A stretch of DNA of 32,519 bases from Acidobacteriota bacterium (GTDB lineage: Bacteria; Acidobacteriota; Blastocatellia; RBC074): positions 1 to 32,519 of the forward strand of contig JBEAVZ010000303.1 of NCBI GenBank assembly GCA_041160645.1, written 5' to 3'. Numbering within the stretch: position 1 is the first letter of the stretch; each line of letters starts with the position of its first letter. This document shows positions 25,711 to 32,519 of the stretch, in pieces. The position numbers and the translations under genes were made by a program. The notes under the pieces were generated by a model, which saw nothing but the letters and a program-made list of their open reading frames with translations, did not search any database and was not told the DNA's origin.

Positions 25711-25914
25711 ATGGATCTCAGTATCATTGTCTTGAATTTCGTCTATGCGGTTCTTGGTGTTGTGCTGATGTATGTGTCCTACCGCGTGATTGATCACCTC
25801 ATGCCGCAGGTCGATTTCTCGGTTGAACTGCGGAATGGAAATGTCGCGGTCGCCATCTTTGTCGCGGCGCTCTTCATCTCGATTGCCATCATCATTGGAG
25901 GAGCCTTGAACTGA
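25711..25914 (+). CDS. Small two-TM DUF350-like membrane protein
   Basis: 67 aa; 'ID.LMP.VDF..EL..GNVAVAIFVAA..I.IAIII' matches my recollection of DUF350; AGGAGGAG RBS. Confidence 0.82.
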   Translation: MDLSIIVLNFVYAVLGVVLMYVSYRVIDHLMPQVDFSVELRNGNVAVAIFVAALFISIAIIIGGALN

Positions 25915-26516
25915 TGAAGAAGAGTGCCTTCACCATCCTCAGAATGGTCTGTCTGCTGTTCCTCACGAGTTGGCTCACTCCGGTCTTTGCTGAAACGGTA
26001 ACCGATCGTTACGATCAGACATTCCGCAAGTATTCAAAGAGATTTTTTGGTCCGGGATACGACTGGCGGATCTTCAAGGCGCAGGCCATGGCCGAGAGCA
26101 ACCTCAGCATGAAGGCGAGAAGCTGGGTCGGGGCACGCGGCCTTATGCAGTTGATGCCCCGAACCTTCAGTGAGATTCAGTCAAAGAATCCGGAGTTTGT
26201 CTCGATCGATGATCCGGAGTGGAACATTGCTGCTGGCATCTACTATGACGCCAGGCTCTGGAACCAGTGGGGTAACCAGAGCCTGCCCGACGATCGCCGT
26301 TATTTCATGTTTGGCAGTTACAATGCCGGTCGGATGACCCTGCTCCGTGCGCAGGAGGTCGCGCGCACCAAGAACCTCAACCACACCGCCTGGAACAGTA
26401 TCCGCGTCATTGCCCCGGAGGTCAGAAATTGGCGCCACGGCGAGACGCTCACCTATGTCGAGAAGATCGACCGGCATCTGCTGCGGATGAACCAGGACGG
26501 ACGGGTCTTGAAGTAG
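25914..26516 (+). CDS. Exported lytic transglycosylase (SLT domain, MltF C-terminal-like)
   Basis: Signal peptide; 'QAMAESN' catalytic Glu; 'GARGLMQLMP', 'SYNAG', 'ETLTYV'. TGATG overlap with the upstream gene. Confidence 0.9.
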   Translation: MKKSAFTILRMVCLLFLTSWLTPVFAETVTDRYDQTFRKYSKRFFGPGYDWRIFKAQAMAESNLSMKARSWVGARGLMQLMPRTFSEIQSKNPEFVSIDDPEWNIAAGIYYDARLWNQWGNQSLPDDRRYFMFGSYNAGRMTLLRAQEVARTKNLNHTAWNSIRVIAPEVRNWRHGETLTYVEKIDRHLLRMNQDGRVLK

Positions 26517-26539
26517 CCGCTGGTCCCCGCGATATTCGA

Positions 26540-28795
26540 TCAACCATTCCGCCGCCCGGATCCCTTCCGGAAACCATTCCTGGCCGGCTGATTCCCGACG
26601 ATCGAGAAGTCGATCAGGTGCCGATCGGCATCGACCCGGTCGACCCGCACCCGCACCCGGTCGCCAAGCCGGTAACGTCGCTTGCCCGTCCGTCCGGTAA
26701 GGGTGTGGGTCCGTTCGTCGTAACGGTAGAAGTCGTCGATGAGGCTGTTGACTGAGACGAGCCCCTCGATAAAGAACTCCTCCAGTTCGACAAAAAGTCC
26801 GAACTCGCGGACCTGAATGATCAGTCCCCCGAACTCATCCCCCACCCGCTCGGCCATAAAGACGGCCTTTCTCCACTCGTCGATCTCCATCTCCGCCGCA
26901 TCTGCCGCCCGCTCCCGTTCACTGGCCTCGACAGCCATGAGCTGAAGATCGGCCCGGCTGATTGGTTGCGGGACCCGTCGCTGATTCTCCTTCAGCGCAA
27001 AGGCTTTGGTCGAGTCTCCCCACTCCGTCGATTGTCGGAGCAGGCCGCGCAGAATCCGGTGGACGAGCAGGTCAGGGTAGCGGCGGATCGGCGAGGTAAA
27101 GTGGGTGTAGACCGGGGCCGCCAGACCAAAATGGCCCTCGTTGTCGGCGGCGTAGCGGGCACGCTGGAGTGAGCGCAGCATCGCGTAGGCGAGGACGCGC
27201 TCCTCCGGGCGACCTTCGAGTCGCTTCGAGAGCTGCTGGTAGTCGTGGGAGCTGACATCCGCGGCCGGAAACTTGTGACCATAGGCCCGCGCCAGCTCGG
27301 CAAACTCCCAGACCCGCTGCGGTTCCGGCTTTTCGTGGATCCGGTAGACCGTCGGAATGCCGAGTTTTTCGAGATGGCCGGCGACCGTTTCGTTGGCGAG
27401 CAGCATGAACTCTTCGATGATCCGGTGGGCAATGTTCCTCTCGGCCTTCATCACCCCGGCGACCCGTCCCTCATCATCAAACTCAAAGACCGATTCCGGC
27501 AGGTTGAAGTCGATCGCTCCCCGTCTTCCCCGCATCCCGATCAGAATCCTGGCCAGCTCCTCCATGGTTCGGAAGAGTTCGAGCTGATCGGCATAGCGCA
27601 TGGCCAGATGCGGATCGTCACGTTGCAGCAGATGGTTGACCGCCGTATAGGTCATCCGCTCATCACTCCGAATGACACTCTCGTGGATCTGGTAGCTCTT
27701 CACCTGCCCCTGTCGATCGATCACGCAGATAGCCGACAAGGCCAGGCGGTCGACCTGGGGGTTGAGCGAGCAGATGCCATTCGAGAGGGCCTCCGGCAGC
27801 ATCGGGATTGCCCGTTCCGGGAAATAGACCGAGGTGCCCCGCAGACGGGCTTCGTGGTCGAGCGGCGTGTCGGCACGGACATAGTAGCTGACATCAGCGA
27901 TGTGGACGCCCAGCTCAAAGTCGCCAGTGTCGAGACGGCGGAGGCTGATCGCATCGTCGAAATCGCGGGCGGTCTCGCCATCGATCGTCACCGTTGGGAC
28001 GTCGCGCAGGTCGAGCCGTCCGGCGATCTGTTCCGGGGTAACCACCGGCGAGACGATGGCCGTCTCGGCCAGGACCTCCGCCGGGAAGACGTGCGGCAGA
28101 TCGTGCTTGCGGATGACGATCTCGATGTCCATCCCCGGTGTCGCACTCGACGAACCGAGGGCTTCGACGATCTTCCCGCGCGGCAGGCGCTTTCCGGCCG
28201 GGTAATTGGTCACCTCGACGACGACGACCCAGCCGTCTTCATAGGGCGGCCTCTCCTCATCCTCCAGATCGATATCGAACGGGAACTTCTCATCGAGTGA
28301 CTCGACCCACGACGCGCGGAAGCCTCCGAGGCTATGGTGCAGTCGGCCGGTGATTCGCAACGAGGCCCGGGCGACAATCATCTCGACCCGCGCGAAGCGG
28401 TCTCCGTCACGGTCGCGGCGCGAGATCGTGGCGACGACCCGATCTCCATCGAAGGCCCCCTGCAGATCCTCGGCGTCGACCCGGATCCGCCCGGCGACCC
28501 GCTCAGTCGGCTCCTCGGGCAGAAAGTGGATCATCTTGCGCCGGCGCTGCCGGATCCGCCCGAGCATGACCCGCCGGTTCCGGACGAGCCGGTAGTCCTG
28601 GCCATAGCGGCGCAGCAAGCCTGTTCCTTGCAGCTGATTGAGGATCTGGGTGAGCGGCTTCTGCGCGGCCCGGTCGAGATCGAGTAGCTCCGCGAGATCG
28701 CGCACCGAGAGCCCCTCCGGCTCTTCACGCAGGGCCGAGAGCACCTCGTCGAGGTTGAAGGGAAGTGCACTCTGGGTCGTCTGGCGTCGGGTCAT
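26540..28795 (-). CDS. rnr: Ribonuclease R
   Basis: 'TIDGETARDFDDAI', 'HIADVS', 'RGTSVY', 'IEEFMLLANE', 'YTHFTSPIRRYPDL', C-terminal S1 domain. Start at ATG 28795. Confidence 0.96.
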   Translation of the reverse strand: MTRRQTTQSALPFNLDEVLSALREEPEGLSVRDLAELLDLDRAAQKPLTQILNQLQGTGLLRRYGQDYRLVRNRRVMLGRIRQRRRKMIHFLPEEPTERVAGRIRVDAEDLQGAFDGDRVVATISRRDRDGDRFARVEMIVARASLRITGRLHHSLGGFRASWVESLDEKFPFDIDLEDEERPPYEDGWVVVVEVTNYPAGKRLPRGKIVEALGSSSATPGMDIEIVIRKHDLPHVFPAEVLAETAIVSPVVTPEQIAGRLDLRDVPTVTIDGETARDFDDAISLRRLDTGDFELGVHIADVSYYVRADTPLDHEARLRGTSVYFPERAIPMLPEALSNGICSLNPQVDRLALSAICVIDRQGQVKSYQIHESVIRSDERMTYTAVNHLLQRDDPHLAMRYADQLELFRTMEELARILIGMRGRRGAIDFNLPESVFEFDDEGRVAGVMKAERNIAHRIIEEFMLLANETVAGHLEKLGIPTVYRIHEKPEPQRVWEFAELARAYGHKFPAADVSSHDYQQLSKRLEGRPEERVLAYAMLRSLQRARYAADNEGHFGLAAPVYTHFTSPIRRYPDLLVHRILRGLLRQSTEWGDSTKAFALKENQRRVPQPISRADLQLMAVEASERERAADAAEMEIDEWRKAVFMAERVGDEFGGLIIQVREFGLFVELEEFFIEGLVSVNSLIDDFYRYDERTHTLTGRTGKRRYRLGDRVRVRVDRVDADRHLIDFSIVGNQPARNGFRKGSGRRNG

Positions 28796-28963
28796 ATAAT
28801 CTTTAAACTGATCTTTGAGCAGGTTTAGTAAAATTGCAAAAATGCTGAACTGCTGGACTACTTTTTTGGCCAAATACGCATTTTCGACTAGTACAAATAA
28901 TGACAGTTATCGTTGACTCGTCGAATCGATTAACTATCTAACGTTGAAATGGGAGGCTACAGT

Positions 28964-29605
28964 ATGTTGTCAAAGGGTTGGAAAGTCATTGCAATCTTCA
29001 GCATTATAGTGAATTTTTTCTTAGTCTTGCTAGCATTTTCGTTATCATTCAAATTATTTGAGATCATGTCGACCCCGGCAGGTGTTATATCGGTTACAAA
29101 ATCTGAACAGGAAATGACTGAAATCCTGCTAAATAGATTTGCTGACAAAACTAAATCTCTGAATTTTGAACAATACTTTCTATCAGTCGGAACTGCGAAC
29201 GATGAAAGAGGCGCTGGTACGGTTTCGATGACGCAGCTGCTTGCTGCCACCGCAAAGTATGAGCTCCCACTATACAAAATAAATAGAAGCTCAATCAGAT
29301 ATGATAATGTGAACAAAGAAATTATTATTGAGATGCCTGATCTTATTGAGACTATTGAACAGGATAGGGCCAACTCTCGCTTAATCAAAGCTTCATCAGG
29401 TTTTAACCTTTCCGATGGAGCTCCGGAATACGAGAGAGAAGCTTTAGATGAAGCAACGGAAAACCAGCAGGCCAATGTCTTACGATTCAAGAAAAATGCA
29501 AGAGAGAGCCTTAAATCACAGCTTGAATTGATCGTAAATATGTTTTTCCAAGGTTTTGGCAAGGATTTAACCGTGAAGTGTTACTATCCAACTACTGACA
29601 ATTGA
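28964..29605 (+). CDS. AT-rich membrane-anchored hypothetical protein, DUF4230-like
   Basis: GGGAGG RBS 7 nt before ATG 28964; one N-terminal TM; 'IRYDNVNKEIIIEMPD' and 'KKNARESL...FFQGFG..LTV' recall DUF4230. The family call is tentative. Confidence 0.7.
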   Translation: MLSKGWKVIAIFSIIVNFFLVLLAFSLSFKLFEIMSTPAGVISVTKSEQEMTEILLNRFADKTKSLNFEQYFLSVGTANDERGAGTVSMTQLLAATAKYELPLYKINRSSIRYDNVNKEIIIEMPDLIETIEQDRANSRLIKASSGFNLSDGAPEYEREALDEATENQQANVLRFKKNARESLKSQLELIVNMFFQGFGKDLTVKCYYPTTDN

Positions 29606-29732
29606 AACGATCCAATGTTGAACAAAGACGAATGATCATTGTCCTTGCGATTATTCATTAAACCGCTTATAAAATCTCTGTCATCATTGTAATAAGGGAA
29701 CCCACACCTTAACTTGAGAACAGAGATTCACT

Positions 29733-32468
29733 ATGGCGAAGAGATTCAAGCTGCTCGTCTGTCTGCTGGTCGTCATGGTTGTCGGAGGACTCTCCCTTCG
29801 CACCTCGCGTGCCGACCAGCCATCTGGTTCAAAAGCCGATCCAACCACCCACTGGGCCTTCATTCCGCCGGTTCGTCCGGCGCTGCCAGCCGTCAAGGAC
29901 GAGGCCTGGGGCCGCACGCCGATCGATCGGTTCATCCTTGCCGCCATCGAGAAGCAGGGCCTGACGCCCTCAGCGGCGGCGGCAAAGACGACGCTCGTCC
30001 GTCGGCTCAGCCTCGATCTGACCGGGCTTCCCCCGACGATTCAGGAGATCGATCAGTTTCTCGCCGACCGCTCGCCCGACGCCTATGAAAAACTGGTCGA
30101 CCGGCTGCTCGCCTCGCCCCACTACGGTGAGCGCTGGGGCCGCTGGTGGCTCGATGCGGCGCGCTATGCCGACACGAATGGCTTCGAGAAGGATCTCCCG
30201 CGCTCGATCTGGCCCTACCGCGACTGGGTGATCAACGCCTTCAACAAGGACATCCCCTTCAACCAGATGACGATCGACCAGCTGGCCGGCGATCTGCTCC
30301 CCGCGCCAACCCCGGCGCAACTGGTGGCGACCGGCTTCCTCCGCAATTCGATGCGCAATGAGGAGGGTGGAGTCGATCCCGAGCAGTTCCGGGTCGAGGG
30401 GTTGATCGACCGGGTCGATGCGATCGGCAAGACCTGGCTCGGGCTCTCTGTCAATTGCGCCCAGTGCCACAACCACAAGTTCGATCCGATCCTCCAGGAG
30501 GAGTACTTCAAGTTCTACGCGTTCCTCAACCAGGACGACGAGCCGGAGATCGAGATTCCGGAGGCGAAGATCGAGAAGCAGCGCGCGGAGATCCGCACGA
30601 AGATTGCCTCCGTCGAGGACGAGCTGGTTGCCGCGACTCCGGATCTTGAACAGCGCCTCGCTGCCTGGGAGGCCCAGGTGAAGCCGCTCGATGGTCAGTG
30701 GTCGATTCTCCGCGAGGGGAGCATCTTTGCCTCTTTCGGGACCAAGTTCGATCGACTGCCGGACTTCTCCTGGATTCCCAAGGGGGACAATTCGACCAAG
30801 AACGTCTATGTGATTCAGGCCAAGAGCCCCTTGAAGAAGATCACCGGGTTGCGGCTGGAGCTGATGACCGACGCGACGCTGCCCTTCAATGGGCCGGGGC
30901 GTTCGACCACCGGTGGGCTCTACCTGTCGGAGGTGGTGCTGGAAGTGAATGGCCAGAAGCTGCCATTTGCGGAGGCGACGGCCGACTTCTCCCGGCTCCT
31001 CTTTCCGATCAAGAATACGATTGATGGTGATACGAGCACGGCGTGGGATATCGACGCCGGTCCGGGATTGCGCAACCAGGATCGCAAAGCGGTCTTTGTG
31101 CTCAAGCAGCCGCTCGAAATTGAAGCTGGTGGAAGCCTGACAATCTCGCTGGTTCAGAAGCAGCAGGAGAAGATCAACATTGGTCGATTTCGTCTCGCGG
31201 TGACCGATCAGGCGGCGCCCGTGGCCGATCCGGTGCCGCTCAGCGTGCGGCGGATTCTGGCGATTCCGGCGGCGCAGCGCACGGCCGCGCAGCGGCGGGA
31301 GATCTTTAGCGCCTACCGGACGACGGTCAGTCAGTGGGCAAGCGAGAATGAGCGGATCGCTGAGCTCTGGCGAGACTGGCCCTATGGCTCAACGACGCTG
31401 ACCCTCAAGAGTCGCGAAGAGGCACGCGAGACGCGCATCTTCAAGCGGGGAGACTGGAAGCGACCCGGCGAGCTGGTCTCCGCCGGCACGCCGGCCGCGC
31501 TGCCGGCGATGGCCGCCGATCTGCCCCGGAATCGACTTGGGCTCGCCAGGTGGATCGTCGACCGTGGCAACCCGCTGACGGCGCGGGTCATTGTCAACCG
31601 CGTCTGGCAGCAGTACTTCGGCGGTGGTCTCGTCTCGACACCGGAAGACTTTGGCACGCGCTGCGAGCGGCCATCACATCCGGAACTGCTCGACTGGCTG
31701 GCGGTCGAGTTCATGGAGAGCGGCTGGAGCATCAAGCAGCTGCACCGCCTGATCGTCAATTCGGCGACCTACCGCCAGAGTTCACGGATCACGCCGGCCC
31801 TGATGGAGAAGGATCCGACCAATCACTGGTTGGCGCGGATGCCGCGTCAGCGGGTCGAGTCGGAGCTGATCCGCGACGTCTTTCTGGCCACTTCCGGCCT
31901 TCTGAGCCGCAAGATTGGCGGCCCCTCGGTCTTTCCGCCAATTCCTGACGGCGTCCTGGTCCTCAGCTATGGCGGGGCGACCTGGAATCAGAGCACGGGG
32001 GAGGACAAGTATCGGCGGGGGATGTACACCTTCTGGAAGCGTTCGGTCCCGTATCCCGGGTTGCTGGTCTTCGATATGCCGAATGGCGATCAGTCCTGCA
32101 CCCGCCGGACGCGCTCGAACACGCCGCTCCAGGCCCTGACGACGCTCAACGATCCGGTCTTCATGGAGGCGGCGCAGGCGCTCGCCCTCCGCATCTGGAA
32201 GGAGGGCGGGACGACCGATCGGGCCCGCCTCAGCTACGGATTCCGCCTCTGCACCGGCCGTTATCCGAGCACCTTCGAGTTGCAGCAGTTGACCAAATTC
32301 CTCGAGCAGCAGCGCCCCGGATTCGTGGGAAAGACGGCGAACGCGGTCTACGTCGCCGCTCCGGATTTGACTCAGCTGCCGGCCGATGTCAACCTCGAGC
32401 AGGTCGCGCCCTGGACCATGGTCGCGCGCGTGTTGCTGAACTTGGATGAGACGATTACCAGAGAGTAG
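29733..32468 (+). CDS. DUF1549/DUF1553 (PSCyt2/PSD1) domain protein
   Basis: Signal peptide, 'HWAFIPP', '[12 protein letters not shown]', '[18 protein letters not shown]', '[11 protein letters not shown]', '[14 protein letters not shown]', 'HPELLDWLA', 'NTPLQAL', 'LLNLDE'. Confidence 0.93.
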   Translation: MAKRFKLLVCLLVVMVVGGLSLRTSRADQPSGSKADPTTHWAFIPPVRPALPAVKDEAWGRTPIDRFILAAIEKQGLTPSAAAAKTTLVRRLSLDLTGLPPTIQEIDQFLADRSPDAYEKLVDRLLASPHYGERWGRWWLDAARYADTNGFEKDLPRSIWPYRDWVINAFNKDIPFNQMTIDQLAGDLLPAPTPAQLVATGFLRNSMRNEEGGVDPEQFRVEGLIDRVDAIGKTWLGLSVNCAQCHNHKFDPILQEEYFKFYAFLNQDDEPEIEIPEAKIEKQRAEIRTKIASVEDELVAATPDLEQRLAAWEAQVKPLDGQWSILREGSIFASFGTKFDRLPDFSWIPKGDNSTKNVYVIQAKSPLKKITGLRLELMTDATLPFNGPGRSTTGGLYLSEVVLEVNGQKLPFAEATADFSRLLFPIKNTIDGDTSTAWDIDAGPGLRNQDRKAVFVLKQPLEIEAGGSLTISLVQKQQEKINIGRFRLAVTDQAAPVADPVPLSVRRILAIPAAQRTAAQRREIFSAYRTTVSQWASENERIAELWRDWPYGSTTLTLKSREEARETRIFKRGDWKRPGELVSAGTPAALPAMAADLPRNRLGLARWIVDRGNPLTARVIVNRVWQQYFGGGLVSTPEDFGTRCERPSHPELLDWLAVEFMESGWSIKQLHRLIVNSATYRQSSRITPALMEKDPTNHWLARMPRQRVESELIRDVFLATSGLLSRKIGGPSVFPPIPDGVLVLSYGGATWNQSTGEDKYRRGMYTFWKRSVPYPGLLVFDMPNGDQSCTRRTRSNTPLQALTTLNDPVFMEAAQALALRIWKEGGTTDRARLSYGFRLCTGRYPSTFELQQLTKFLEQQRPGFVGKTANAVYVAAPDLTQLPADVNLEQVAPWTMVARVLLNLDETITRE

Positions 32469-32471
32469 ATT

Positions 32472-32519
32472 ATGAAATATCAGGACGAGATAAATGTAGA
32501 GATAAAGAAGCTGCTGACC
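32472..32519 (+). CDS. Start of a downstream CDS, probably DUF1501 (partial)
   Basis: ATG 3 nt after the PSD1 stop, open to the window end (MKYQDEINVEIKKLLT). Identity inferred only from the usual PSD1-DUF1501 pairing. Confidence 0.5.
   Translation, partial: MKYQDEINVEIKKLLT

Noticed and set aside
28957-29562. 201-aa antisense ORF within AT-rich DNA
   Set aside because: In this register stops arise only when Tyr/His/Gln codons follow pyrimidine-ending codons. Here they mostly follow Glu/Lys/Gln/Arg codons, so the open frame is explained by the sense protein. There is no RBS or motif.
29630-29690. ATTAAACCGCT resembling part of a fluoride riboswitch
   Set aside because: The 5' GATG stem and 3' GCTGATG elements are missing, and the downstream gene is unrelated.

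Overview
High-GC bacterial core-chromosome window. The gene content and style suggest Acidobacteriota; this is inference. In order it carries: the 3' end of a probable membrane glycosyltransferase-like gene; a minus-strand trio (secreted tandem beta-domain protein, secreted Dabb protein, MFS transporter); MaoC and Zn-finger thioredoxin; a minus-strand Fe-S operon rrf2-sufB-[Rid]-sufC-sufD-sufS-sufU preceded by a Tat-signal Cys-rich protein; recF-gyrB-SEC-C protein; mutS2-dnaG-rpoD; a 9-bp tandem repeat; SAM methyltransferase-proS; a DUF350-like plus lytic transglycosylase pair; rnr; an AT-rich single-gene island (DUF4230-like); and a DUF1549/DUF1553 gene with the start of a probable DUF1501 gene. 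No rRNA, tRNA, CRISPR, integrase or transposase was seen. The best leads are the Rid enamine deaminase inside the suf operon, the holin/endolysin-like DUF350-SLT pair with a long upstream hairpin, the AT-rich island, and several structured or repeated intergenic elements. All assignments come from reading motifs by eye, not from database searches.
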